Assembly (NCBI GenBank): GCA_001643675.2
Contig: LSRY02000002.1
Location: forward strand, 2,170,001 to 2,234,000
Direction: 5' to 3'
Length of the DNA: 64,000 nucleotides
Source: Monocercomonoides exilis PA203
Lineage: Eukaryota; Protista; Preaxostyla
The notes beneath the pieces are model-generated. The model did not search any database. It worked only from the letters and a program-made list of their open reading frames with translations, and had not been told where the DNA came from. Positions 42,635 to 56,900 of the stretch are shown in pieces; position 1 is the first letter of the stretch; each line of letters starts with the position of its first letter. Made by a program: the position numbers and the translations under genes.

Positions 42635-45600
42635 TCAGCTGAACCAACTCTCGCTGCCATTGCAATTGCCACTGCTCACAATTCTGCTGAAGTTGCCTCT
42701 CCCCGCACCCCCTGCAACATCGATCGCATCCGATACAGTCAGCATCACCGACCCTGCTGGAAATCGCTGGATGAACTCTCGCTTCAGATCGACAAGCGTT
42801 GGCCTGCTCTGCCACCCAGGTGACAGGCACCCAGCAACCGTATCATTGAAGCACCCCAGAAGCTCTGCACCTATCGCTGGCCTCTCCCCATTCACAATCT
42901 TCTGCCCCGCCACCACTGCCTCGTACTCCCCAAACGGGATCTGCAGCGTCAGACACTCCCACAGCATCATCCCAATCGAGAACACTGCAGTCTTCTTCGT
43001 CGCATGCTGCTTTGCCCCGTTCATCAGCTCCGGCGCCTTCCACCGCAAGCACTCCTTCCTGAGACCATCATCATCCTCAAAGGCAGATGAAGGTGGTGGA
43101 GAGTGTGTGTACCTCTTGCTCCTTCTTGAGCAATCAGATGAAGATGTAATGACAGTGGAGGATGACGAAATCGAAGATGAATCTGAATTAGATGAGCAAT
43201 CTGAGTGCATCGCAATGCAGATAACCATGTGCTCTGAGAACAATACAATGTGTGGACTCAGATTGGCCAATGACTGAAGAGGTACTTCTTCCTCCTCAAA
43301 CGAGTGGAGTGCTCCGTTTGCCACCCAGAACAGGATCTGTGCTGCTGCCACCACTCGCTCCTCCAAAGTTCCGATCGCCATCAGCTTCTTCTCGTTCCTC
43401 CCATGAAGCATCATGAACAGCGAATCCCTCAGATCCACAATCAGCTTCTCATGAGGAGATGAACAGGCAATCGCATCCACCAGATTCGACATAGATGAAG
43501 TGGTCGGGCACGCATCTTCCATGCGAACAAATGTGGATTCTGTGTCTGAAGTGTCTGTTGTTGAAGTGGATGAAGTGGATGAGACGGATGGCGATGGCGT
43601 TCTTTTTCTTGTTTTCTCATCTTCTTCTTCCTTCTCATCGACCTTCTCCAGCATCCATTCTGGGATCTTATCTGAATCTCTCCCCAGAATATATTCAGTG
43701 GAACCACTCTCAGAAAGAAGATGCTCTGATGACTCTGAATGTTCCATATTCGTCTCATATATTCTTTTCTTTATCCGTTCTTCATTCTTCTTTTCAGCTT
43801 CTCTCTCCACTTTCCTCCACTGCTCCTCTGGTGACATCTCCATCGTCACCATCTCAAATGCCTTCGGATCCTTTCTGATGTTATCATTCACAATCTCTCT
43901 CAGATCTTCTGCTTCATTCTTTGCCTTCTTCCACCGAACAGTCGAAATTACAGCAATCACAAGAATCACAAAAAGAATTAGTCCCATCACAATTACAATT
44001 ATCGGCCAAACCGATCCTTCTTTCTTTCCTCCTTCAACAACTCTGTCTTTTCCAGTCTTTGGTTCTGTTTTGTTCTTCACAATCTGTGGAGATGTTACTG
44101 CCAATTGCTTTCCAAACAAAATCACCACTGACACCTCTGTTTCATCTCCAATATTTGAAAATTTTTCTGATGGAATTCTTCTAATCGCCTCGGTTTCTGA
44201 AACAAAACTGTTTTCATCAAAAGGATATGTCTCAACCAACTCCGCATCCCCTGTTTTATATACTAATCTGAATGACAAATCACAAGGAAGAAGAAGCGAC
44301 CCTTTGAATTTCACAACAATATGACTTCCATTTTCATTCACTGAAACATCTTCCAGTCTTGGAATGAAGAAAGGCGATGGACTTTCTGCAGCTATCCCTC
44401 CGAGTATACATCCATCATTCAAAATCCAAAGAGAAGAATTGTTTATTACTCCATCTCCTCCCTTCAAGCTCGAAATGTTCAGTGAAGAAGAATCTGAACA
44501 AATAATGTTTCGACGAAGCGAAGGATATTTTTCAATGAATGGATTGTTGTTTGCCAGCATTCCCATTTCAACAGCAGCTTTTCCTCCCTTGATTGATAAG
44601 CCTCCTTTCGATGAATTTTGAATCATAATCTCTTTTGTGTGAAGATTGGAGTTTTCTGCGTGGATCAGTGATCCATTCCATTGACAGACATCTGCTATTG
44701 TATTCATGTTCTCAGTTTCACATTCTTTCGCAAGCATTCCAAAAAATCGACAAGAATCCATTGAAACATCCTTCATATCATTCACCTCAACGACACTTCC
44801 TTTGTCAGATAGAGAATTGCAATTCGTGCAAGAACAGTTTGAAAACTCGAAATGAGCAGAGGCTGATGAAGCTGAGAAAACAGAAGCGCCTTCTGAATTC
44901 CTTGAACAGTTGTTCAATGATAAATCAACAAGAGTGATTGTTCCAGAAGTTATGTTCTTTATCGAAAAGATGCAGCCTTCAGACAATTTCACTCCATCTG
45001 CACATACTCCATTAAACATGACACTTCCACATTGCCCAAGCTCAAAAACATTTGCTATTGATCCGATCTGTTCAAGCTTCATGTTTGTGATATAAGTCTC
45101 TTCCCCATTGAACAAAAAAGAAGGATTCTTGAATGAAAGGAATGATATTGAGCAGTTGTCAGCATGAAGAATTCCACTTTCGATGCTCAGCAATGCTGAA
45201 CTGAGAACAATAGATTCAACGCTTTCTGATAGGCCAGCCGAAGAGAAATCAACAGATGAAAGAGAGAGCTGGCCACTTGTTTCATGGATAATTGAACTTC
45301 CAGAATACAAAAATGATTGATCAAAGTTGAATTTTAATCTTTCAATTCGAACATTCTCCGAGGTTGTGATAAGATTTTTCTCGTCTCCAACAATTGTTGA
45401 ATTCAGATACACAAAAGCAGCTGATTGAGATTTCAATGGGTGGATAATTACATCCTTTGCTTCACATTCTCCGACAACGACTGTCTCTTTAGAGATCAAC
45501 AGCTGCGAATATGATGAAGGAATGATGTGTTGAACTCCAATATCCAATGAGTGGCATGGTGCACTCAACTCTCCACATTGCTTGCTGTCTGTGTGATTAT

Positions 45601-48600
45601 CTGCCACTGAAGACACAAATATCGTCTCGCTCTGATATTTCATCACCCTCAGCAGAAGATCTTCCTCCCCAACAAAAGAGTCTGTTGTGCAGCCCCACAT
45701 CGCCCGCTCCTTCACAAACGGCGTTCTGAAATCCAAAAGGAATTGCTCATCTGCTATTTGTGTTTCGATTGAATGGCATCGAACATACACGTCTTTCCCT
45801 CTGAATGCAGAATTATCTCTGAATGTGATATTGGAAAGAACAAAATTCAGTAGTTGCTCAACCACCGTGGTGCATTCCAGAAACAACCACCCACCTCTTC
45901 CTGTGGTCGAGCAGAAGCACTCAGAAATCGTACAAAACGAGCAGTCAAAGTTTCCTTCCTCATTTAACATACAAAACATCCCTCCCCCCTTTCCACATCT
46001 TGTTCCACCACACTTCTTCATCGTTGTGTTTCGAATCACCATTTTCAATGGCTTGTGATCATTGCCATTTCGAATGATGGGAATATCATCTGTTGTGTTC
46101 TGGATGACTTCTTCGAATACACTCCACTCAATTACAAGGTCTTGCTCTTCTTCGTTTTTTCCTCTTCTTGAACTCTTTGAAATGCTCAATCCGCTTGCTC
46201 CATCCAGAACAATATTCTTCATCGTCAAATTTTTAATGTTCAAAATTGATGTTGACAAAACAGAAATTACATTCTTTGAAAAACAAAGTGATTGCAATGT
46301 TACAAATTCCAATTGAACTGTGCCTTCATCAGCTTTGATCAGCCCAAAATCAGTTATTTCTTCTCTGCTTTCTTCATTTTTTGTGAATGAGCAGTCTTTC
46401 AGGGTCAATAATCCCTCACTTGAGTCAACATGCATCAAAAAATTCACTCTATTTGCGAATGAAGATGGGATCGCAAAGTTGATCAGTTTGAAATTTGTAA
46501 TTCCAGAAATCTTCATTGCTGCTCCTTCTGATCCTTCAAGTGATGAGTGATATTCCAAAGAGCACATTTCTTCATCATCCGATTTTACTGAAATTCCACT
46601 CACATCAACACATTTTTTAAGAAGTCCTTTTCCAATGATGTTTATATTCCTTTCATTTCCTTCAGTCAATCGATCCAGAGAATAATCGATTGACAGGCAA
46701 GGACAATCCGAAAACCCACAGGTACCCATATCTTTCCCTTCGCTGCTGATAAATGCCTCTGAGCCGAGTGAGCGCCAGAAATAGACAAGTGGAATGGCAT
46801 TCTCTGTATCATTCCCATCAAATCCTCTCATTGAATTCAATGAAATATCTGCCAGATGCTCAGTCACAAATGGAAGTGAGGTGTTTGTGATGCTCTTTGT
46901 CAAGTTCGATGATTCAACAAACAGGTCATTTCCATATGTCGCAGCATTAGGTTTGCCGGCATAAAAAACAGGGGATGAAATCACAAATGAAGAATAGTCA
47001 TCAATAAACTTCAGTGCCACCCCTCCCCCAAAGCCAATCTTCTCTTCTCCAACTGGTGCTGTGCATCCTGTGAATGTGCATGAAATAATACTCATTTGAA
47101 TATTCCCCTTCAGCTGTACATTAACAGCCCCTCCTCTACTTTCATCAGCCTGCACAGAGCATCCATCAAATTCACATTCTTCAATATTTATTAGTGTGTT
47201 CGTATTTTCATCATTGCTGTTGTCAATGCTCACACAGCCTCCACTTCCAGCAACTCTTTCTATTTCTGTGAAACGGCAGTTCTTCATGTTCAACCAGGGA
47301 ATGTTCGTGAGCTCGATATTTGTGCTGCTTGCAGACAAAGAGATCAATGGATAATCGCTTATAGTGATTGATGAAGCAGAGAAGAAATCAATAACCAAGG
47401 TTCCAGACTTAACAGATAAGAACAGACATGCCAATTCAGATGAAGGACTTTGAAGAGAAAGAACGCAATGAGACAGAGTTAGTTGTGAAGAAGAAGAAGA
47501 AATGAAAATGGAGTGTGATGAAAGAGAAGGAGGAAGAGAGAAGATAAGTTTCGATAATTCTGTTTCAACGCTTGTTGTTATCATCGCTGAATTGGACGTT
47601 GAACTTGAATCGGAGACTGTCCAGCCACTTTGATCGTCTTTTCCTTGGATTTCGTGTTTCTGTTCACCAAATGCCAATTCATCGCTCGTCATAATCATTC
47701 CATTAACAACAATTTTCTTTTCACCTGTAAAACGTGTGAGGGAGTGCTTCAAGGTCAAACATGGGAATTGAACAATTCCACAGTGTGAGTGATCGGATGC
47801 CTCAGCATTACTCACATATATTTCTTCTGGGGTAGGAATGAGATAAATGCACAGTGGAATGGCAACACTGATGTTTCCATTGTCATATCCTCTCACTTTG
47901 TCAAAAGAATCCAATGAATTTGTCACGCACGAGATCTTTTGAGGATTTGCAATAGCCTCAAGATTTGGTGAAATGACGAAGATATCATTCCCCCACTTGG
48001 CTGTATTCGTTCCGAATGTGGAAGAAATCTGGAAATTGGGATTTTCATTCAGCAATCGAAGAAGAATTCCTCCCCCAAGACCATCTCTTGCCGAGCAAAA
48101 GCATCCATCAAAATTACCGCCTTCCACTTTCACTTCATTTTCATTCCCAACACATAGCATCATCGATCCCCCATCAGCAGATGTTGTACTTCCACATCCT
48201 TCAAAGATGCACAAATTCAGTTTAATGTTTGCCTTGTCATTCGAAAACGACATCACAGCTGCTCCGCTGGTTGTAATTTCTATCCCCTCAAAAACACAGC
48301 CGGAAAGTTTCAATGAAATTTCGCTTATTGAAGAAAGCAAAAACAACGAGACAGTGGAGATAGTCTGCGCCCAGTTCACATTATCCATCTGCAGCATCCC
48401 ATTCTGAACATCTATCAGCTCGGTGGCGAATGCTGTTTCTGTTGATTGTCCGCTTCCAGCAGATATATTCAGAGCGCTTATGCTCATCTCTCCTGTTCCT
48501 GTGATCTCAAACAGTCTTGAGGCTCGATTATTTTCAAATGCACAGTCATACACAAGAACAAAGTCTCTGACAGTCAATGTGCCTGTTGAGACAGAAAAAA

Positions 48601-50434
48601 GAGACAAACCAGATGCTTCAAATTCTATTTGAACTGTTGAACTCAAATCATTTTGGCCATATATTGTGAAAGAATTGGTGCCGCAGTCCACACTTTTTGT
48701 CTCTGAAATCGAACCTGTGAGTATCTCTATATCAGAAACAAATTCTGGAATCAGCTGAGTGAAACTGCGACTGATGGTGCAGCAAGGATGGCTTTCATCC
48801 AGCCCACATGCAAATGTGTCAATGCATTTTAGTTGCGAATCAATCGAAGAAACAAATCTCACATTTCCAAAATTATTGCGAAGCCAATCACTTTTGTCAA
48901 CAATTTTTGAAAAATCTGTGCTCACTCTATTTGATGTATACCTTGTTGAATAGCATGTGGAATCAATATTGTTTGCTGTCGATCCATGAAGAGCAATATC
49001 ATGCCCTCCTTTTTCGCATGCGTTATTATGGAAAAAGCAGTAAAAAAACAATGTTCCATTATTGTTACTATTAATTAATATGCCAACAGCTCCCGCTCCA
49101 CACATTGAATAACAATTGCAGAATTTGCAGTTCGAAATAAAAACTTTGTCCACAGGATCCCAATGCATGATTGCACCTCCTGTACTTCCAAGGGAATGAT
49201 TTGCTTGGCAATTGTCGAAAAATGAGTTGATAATGCTCTCTTTCTGCTTTTGAGTTATTGTTTCACGGAGAGCAACTGCTCCACCATCATTTCCAGAGGA
49301 ACAGTTATGAAATGAGCAATCATCAATAATTGACTGAACATATATGTTCTCTACCATTATTCCTCCTCCGCCATAATCTGTTGATGCTGCTGCTGTACAT
49401 TGAATAAATGATGTGTGCTGCACAAGGCATTCAGTGACTTTTAAAGCGTATATTCCACCACCTCTTGTTGAGGAAGCATTGCATCTTGTGAAAGAACAAT
49501 TTTCAACATTGAGAATAGCATCTGAATTATCATGCACATAAAGAGCGCCCCCTTGTTCGGCTGTGCAATCAACCCATTCACACATAGAAAAGGATTGACT
49601 TTCTGTTGTGTTCAGTTTTTCTTTTTTCTCAAGAGCATTCATTTCTCTATTCCCTCTGCGTGTAGTTGTGTTTCTGCAGATAAATTCGTATGAAGAACAG
49701 GATCCACCAGAGATCCCTCCTTCAAACACATTCACACACGAATAAATGAGGCAGTTCTCCATTGAACTTCGAAAACATGAATGTTCCATGCAATAATCAC
49801 TTTTCTTGGAAGATTTCACAGACATGTTCCTGAAGGGACTGTCATTGATCTGTTCGCTGTGGCTCTTTCCTGAAACAAGAAAATTGTCTGAAGAAGAAAC
49901 AGCCAGATCAGAAATGATGGAATTTCTCAAAACCACTGAATTCGAATCATCAGATGATAATACAAGGCTGTGAGAACATACATTCTTTTGTGTGATCAAA
50001 CTCAAATTTGTGAGGCAGATTGACCCACTTTGCAAATGAAATGGAGAATCTGATTTTTGATGGGAAATGCAGGAATCCAACATTACTCTCGACTTTTCAG
50101 TAATAAGCATCAAAGATGAAGATAAATGTTCAAATGCCAAAATTTTCAGTCCAACTGTAGAATTGCAGAATCCCAAAAATGTGTTTATTACTGCAGATGC
50201 TTCTGATTGCAATTTTTTCACTCCTGAGAATGAAGTCTGCTCAAATAAATAATAACCATATGTCTTAGAGAAAAACGATGTATCATTTGAATAGCCTTTA
50301 CATTAATAAAGAGAATTAAAGAAATAATAATAATACAAATGAATACCTTGGCTTTTCAATACTGCTGTTCCAGAGATATGTTTTTCTTGAAATGTCTGGC
50401 CAAGGAGCAAGTATGCCAAAAGGAACAAGTGCAT
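42635..50434 (-). CDS. Large single-pass receptor-like protein (about 2,580 aa): pectin-lyase-like/Pmp-type beta-helix ectodomain, TM helix and degenerate kinase-like C-lobe
   Basis: Exon 1 (50434-50347, signal peptide MHLFLLAYLLLG) splices through intron 50346-50296 in frame into the 2,528-aa ORF. Many GGA(I/L/V) and F..C repeats; TM IIVIVMGLILFVILVIAVISTV followed by RWKK; kinase subdomains VIII-XI RWKAPEL, VFSIGMMLWECLTLQIPF, GERP, CLSPGWQSRPTL. Confidence 0.9.
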
Positions 50435-53400
50435 TCTTGTATGGAACCAAAATAAATTTTATTTTGAAAAATAAAATATTTTCTGGTAGATCAAAATGAC
50501 CCTTAATAAATTGTTTTCAACACTGTTTTAAAGGGTGAAAGCCTTCTTTCAACAATTATTTTGTGGCATTTGGAAAATATCCGAGACACTTTCAAAACAA
50601 TGCTATTTCTTCGGTTGTTGACAGGACAGAATCTGTATTTACTGATGCAGGGGATGAATTTTCATGTCGTTTCATATTAATAAATACGAAGTTTTTAAAA
50701 AAAAACCGAAAAAAATTGAGGATAAATCGAGAAATATTATGTATTTGGATAAATTCTTCATATTATAGGAATCTGCCTTGTATTGTTTGTATGGTAATAA
50801 TAAACTATCATTTTATTTGATATGGCTTTGCTTTTCGTAAAAAGATGAATTCCTCGTGTTTGGACTATTGAATGCATAAATAACAAAAAAATAAACTTAT
50901 CAAATAGAAATTGCTGTCCAATTAGAGATAAAAAAAAGCAATAAATTCCATGTCAAAATACACGCCATCTTAGTTTTCCCTTGAAAATGTGCTGTTTCGA
51001 ATTATTAGGTGTCTCTCCTCCCATTATTATTGAATGATTGGACTTTCTCTGTCGGATACTCCGTGTTTCGCTGAAAATAAAAGACATGCATCATTTCACA
51101 ACATCCCCTTTTTTGCTTGTGCTGATGCACTTTCATCTGAGCTATCTCCCTCTTTTCTGATGATCAACTCCTCTCCTCTTTTCGAAATTTCCACAAACTT
51201 TCATACCATTTTCCTGGTCAATTCCTCTTTCTCTTCTTAAATATCTATATTTTTCTCTTCTATTTCTTTTTTTACAAGTTGGAGCATTTGGAATGCTAAT
51301 AGATTCTTCTGTATGATTATGAGAAGAAGAAGAAGAAGGAAGAGAAAAAGAATATTTATGAATCATCATAAATCCACAAGAACTCAAAAAATTTCTGGAA
51401 AGAAGTGGGAATGCGTTTTGTGTGCTGTCAGTTGGCCAAAAAATATATTTTTTAAATAAGTTGATTTCGATTGGAGAAGAATTTCATTATCTCTTTTATT
51501 TTGACAGGTAGATTGGTGAAAATCAATAAAGCTCGATTTCCTCAAATCAACTCACTTTCTTTTTACAATTTCCTCTCCTTTCTCTTCAAAAATTGAAAAT
51601 GATAATTGCTCTCAATTTCTTTTCCATTTCCATCTTTCATTCAGCTCATAAAATCATCAGAAAATATCAATTCTCTCCTTTTCTTCATCTTTCTTGGTCT
51701 CTTCCAAAAAACATTTTCTTCTCAAAAAATACCCTTCTTCTAAGCCTTTCAACATTTCTCAATTTCCTTTTTCTTTCCCGCTTTTGACCTCTTTTCTTTC
51801 TCTTCAAATTCCATTTCTCCAATTTACCTCAAATATCTTCCTCGCCATCCCCAACTTTCTCTCTATATATTTTCTACATTTTCTTCTCCAAATCTCCACC
51901 TGCTCTTCCCCACCCCTTTGTCTCCAAAATTTCTTCCATTCAAAAACCCCTCTCGAAATATTAACATTCCATAAAACAATCAACAACCACTCCCTGCCAC
52001 TAATAATCCTCTTCCGTCTCTTCTCTGCCCCATACATCTCCTGTGCCTGGTGTTGGTGAGATAATCATCAAATACTTCTTTTAGTGTTTGAGAATATTAT
52101 TAAAGGAGATGATCATGGCCGAAAAGAAGAAACGTCTCTGGACATCCACCACAATGTGTACGGGCTGAAAAGACCCTTCAGTGAGATACACGATGTATTT
52201 TGTGGAGATGCATCCCATGCTGTATTCAACCATTCTGAGACTGAAATAAAGAGATTGAATTTTTGGAATGATGATGGCTGTGGAAATATGCATTCTGGAA
52301 AAAAACAGTCGAGGGCAGTTTGGTCTTTATTTATTTTTCTATATTTGAATATTAACCTGTTGAATGTTTTTGTGTTGTTTTCAGGGCAGGAGGTGGAAAA
52401 GAATGAAAATGAATGAAAGCGTGATATCTCGTTATGCAGGGTGGCTATCGAGCTGAGTCAGCGAATTTATATGGAAAGTGCCCAGGGTGAAGGGATTGGG
52501 AAGGGAATTGGAGTTATATTTTCATACGCAAAACAATGATATTTTTCAATGATGAGGGTGGAATTTGAGCAAAATGCATGAATTTCACATTTTTCAGAAG
52601 AGCAAGAAATCGATGCGTTTGATGGAGAAACAACTGATGGAAAGGATGGTTGAGAATCAGATGATGAAACATTCGAAAAAGGAAGGAATAATGAATTTTT
52701 ATTGGAGGGAAACAGATACCAACTGAATAAAATATAGACATTGGCTTAAAAATAGGTTCTGAAGGTTTGATATTGTTATTTTTTTGAAGTGATTATTATT
52801 TTGTTTTAAGAATGCAGAAAGGATGAGGGATTAGATTGCTTTGAAGAAGAAGAAAAGTGGGGAAGGAAAAATAGGACAGAAAGATGAAATTCAAGATATT
52901 TCGAAGATGCCTGGAATCGAGCTTTGACAAAGAATTATTTTTGAGGAAAGATGATTTTTTTGTGAAAGAAGGAGAAGTGAAAAATTGAAAGAAATGGAAT
53001 GAAAAAGGAATTGCTCAATCTTTCCTATTTTTTGTTGGAAAGAAAGAAAGAATCAAATTGAAATTGTTATGAATTCAAAGGATATTATACACCAGAAGAA
53101 GACAAAATCCTGAAGAAGAGAATTTCAATGAATTTCTCCGTTGAATTAATCGGATCCCATTTTCACAACTTACGACTTCCAATCATCTTATGCAATTTAT
53201 TAATCATCATCTTCTTCAAATGCTTCAATATCATATCGGTGACTTCTACTGCATATTATTTGCTTCCTTCAATTGAAATTCAACAAATTATCTGTCTGCA
53301 TCTGAGATAATTAGAGAAATGAAGGACTTCCAAAAAGGAGAAGAAAATGAATGAATGAAGAACAAAAGTTAGACCAGTTAATAAAGCGAAAGAGAAAGAG

Positions 53401-53995
53401 GCTGATGATAAAAGCAATAAGCGCAAATAGATTCCACCTTTGAAAGAGCCTATTGCATGTAAATTAGAGCACTTGAAATGAAATTAGCATTAACCTTAAT
53501 TCAAAGGGTACCTTTCATCGCTACATTGCAGTTGTTTCCCAATCAACAAAAATAGAAAAAAAGTACATTTCAGCATGCCCGTCACTTGTCCACATACATC
53601 ATCACTTGCTGTATTTTGGTATTAAATTTTATCTTTATAAAAATTTCATTTCGAAATTAAAAATTAAAAAGAAAAGAAAAGAAAAGAAATAAATAGAATA
53701 ATTTTAAAATGACGTGAAGAATTATTCCGAACCTGACTTTGGACCTTGACTAACTGCAACACATTTTTCAAAATCAACGGAGTCAAAAAAATAAAGCTAT
53801 CATAAAAAAATGAATTTTTATTTGTAACAGATTCTGAACAACAAAGAAAAATTGTAAATTTCTTGTGCTCGAGGTATGCCTTCTTTTTTAAAAAATAAAA
53901 CAAATCATCAACAATTAAATACTTTCTATTTTAGATAACATTTTCAATGCCTTATAAAAATTTGGCTAGAGCAAATCTTCGTTGAAAAAGGTGCA

Positions 53996-56900
53996 TTAGA
54001 GCACCTCAATTACAGTAGCATCCTTATTTTGTTGTATTGCTCCTTCAAAATGCTTCTCTTTTTCGTTCGAAAGAGATGTGGTTGATCTTTTTCTTTTAAT
54101 TTCATCTTTATGAGATTCTGAATGCAAATGATTTTCATCAGTATCTTGAATTGATTCGCTTTTATTCCTTTTTGACTTTATATTTTTTATTGATGAGGTT
54201 TTTAATTCCGATGGACTGTTAGCCAAATTCGACAATTCTTCATCCTGTTTTAATATTGTTTTCCTTCTCCTTCCTTTACTCTGCTCAATGATTTTCTTCA
54301 TTTGCTGACTTTCATCTTTCAATGCTTTCATTCTGGATACTCTCAATTTTTCGATTTGCTTTTCATCCACATGGAAAAGGAAAGACGGAAGAATTATTCC
54401 ATTGTCATTTTGAGGGTCCAAAACCTTTGCAGCTACAATTTTCCCTTTCATTTCCTCCCTCTTAGCTTGAAGCATTGCAATTGCTAGAGTAGACACAAAG
54501 CGAAGATGCCTGTGAGATGTTGCGCGAGATGTTGAAGGAGTTGCAAGAATAGATGGAGAATTTGTAAATGCAGGCATTTGATCAAGCGACGGAGGAATAG
54601 CATCCGAACTTATAAGGCACAGTTCAGCGATATCTGTTAACTTTTGAAGAGCAGATGGGTTTGTGCTAACAACTGTATCTATGAAAAGACGTAGTGTTCT
54701 TGATATATAATTTTTGGCTGAATCGAGCGGAGTTTCGGCTTTTTGCTCTTCAGCATCCTTAGCATTCATATCATTATCAGAAGTGACTGATGAGAATGAA
54801 GACAAAGAAGATGAAGCAGATATCATCACAGGAAGATATAGCGGATGATGAGAAAGCACATGAATTAAATATGAGAAGGAATATTCTGGGAGGCGCAAAA
54901 AAGTATAAGATGGTGCAGGTACAGATGCTAATTGAGATAATTTATCCAAAGTCGAACTCAGATTGTACAGCGCATGCTTTCTACTCACAATTAAATGAAA
55001 ATCGCGCTTTGCTTGTGTTGCAATGCTTGGATTGCTTTCATCTTCACATTGCAAAACAACAATTGGTAGAAAGTAATGAAGCATCAAATTCTCTTCGATT
55101 AATCGACGGCTCACGAATTGTAATAATCGACTTCGAACAAATTGGGATGGATTTGTCGATACTGCTAAAACTAGCGATTCCCATTGCGTGGCAGACAGAT
55201 AATCGTGAAACGGTATTGCACATACAGGAGAATTACGAAGCAACCTAAAAATAATTATTGCAGCAGTTTGGGCGATTCGCATTCTGGTGATGGTGCAAAT
55301 ATGAGGAGCAGATTCTTCACTGGCTGAGCTTGCCATTGTAAATGTATTTGATTGTCGAGCTCTGAACAGAACTTTTGCTGCGCTTCGAAGATCTGGTGTA
55401 ATAATGTGGGCGGGGAATTCTGGATGCTGCAGAACAAGCTGCAATAAATTACTAAACAAAGCACGAGCAAAAAATAGCACTTTTCCTTCCTGAATTTCTT
55501 TAACTTTTGGCGATGTTATCTGGATTTCTTCCATCCCCGAGCCAGCAACTTTTGGAGTAATTAATGCAGAAAGCTGCTTTGCGGAAGAAGATGAAGGAGA
55601 AGCTTTTGATTGAACGTTCTGCGAAATTTCTGCTGCTATCTGCGAAGTTCGGTAAGATGGAGTCGTACGAGTAGGCTTTGATGGAGAGGATGATCGTGCA
55701 CTTCTCAACATTGCCTGCCTCGTTTGTATGCAATCCTGAGTCGAAGTAAATGGTGCAGCAATAACTTTTAATGCTAAAGATATCAATAAGCATTGGATAG
55801 AAGGAGAATCCCATTCAGAAGCAATGACAAGAGAAGAAGCAACATCAAAAATCTTTGATTTTTCAACTGAGTCCAATTTGTGCATTTCCGTAATCGTTAA
55901 AATCGGACTTAACTCGTTTTCTGAATCAAACTTTGTTCCATCCAAATTTTCTTTGTCAAAACTTTTCTTTTCTTCACCTTCAACATCCATATGATCGCTA
56001 TCTTCAGCATTTAGTGGCTTAAATGGCGTGGTTTGTGTTGTTTGCATTGGCTCCTCGTCAAATAAATCCATTTTCTTGGTGGATCTTCTATTTTGCTTTG
56101 AAGCTTTTGCTTCCAAAGATTGCTTTGTAGTTTCAGCAGATGCGTTTTTAGCATCAGATGATTGTTTCAATGCAATGATAAGCTGAGGATCGATTTCAGA
56201 TTCCCAATCTGTTTGAACAAAGACTTTCTCAATGACAACATGGGCTATTTTTTCGATGTTATTGATAGATACCCGCTCTGGAGCCTGCATTGCAGCTTGT
56301 CTCAAGAAAGTGAGGCTAAAAATCAAGGGATAAAGATGATCACGATGAAATGATACAGCGTTGAAGGCATTGAACGAACTGTGTGACAGCGTTGATCTAC
56401 GCGATGATAAAGTTGGCACAAATTGGTGCAATTGGCCACTACTATCATCTTCATCATTTTCTTTATTTTCGTCGTTGCCTTCTGCATAATCACCACAAAA
56501 GAAGCAGCTGTGATCTTGAACATTCTTTATCAACGAATCAATTATTGCTTGAAATAGTTCTTCTCCAAGTGGTTCAGGTAAGATGTTCAACAACGCATTA
56601 AATCCGTTCTTTGCTAACTGTTTTATGTACCTCAGTTTCTCCATCATTTCTTTATCTTGCTCAGAAGAATAAGAAAACGAATATTTGCCGCTATCTGATC
56701 TCATTGAAGAAAATCGAAATACCGACTTATCTTGCTTATCATCATCTTCTTCCATTTCGTTGGATCCGTTCATGTCATCTGAGTCAGGCAGTGCAAACGC
56801 CTCGACAAAGACATTGTGAAGAATCAATGGAACAAGAATAGCACAAAGTGGTTTCCCCAAAGTTTCAACGCCCAGATGAAGAATACACTGAAGTGCTTTT

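Noticed and set aside
42480-44324. Plus-strand ORFs of 265 and 274 aa overlapping the pseudokinase
   Set aside because: They are antisense to a GC-richer coding region, where long stop-free shadows are expected, and have no recognisable motifs.
50990-53400. Pyrimidine-rich then purine-rich tract with short ORFs; possible decayed gene or retroelement, or a large inverted repeat
   Set aside because: No recognisable protein motif in the frames I could read, and only an 11-bp inverted match (AAAGCTCGATT / AATCGAGCTTT). Not supportable without a search.
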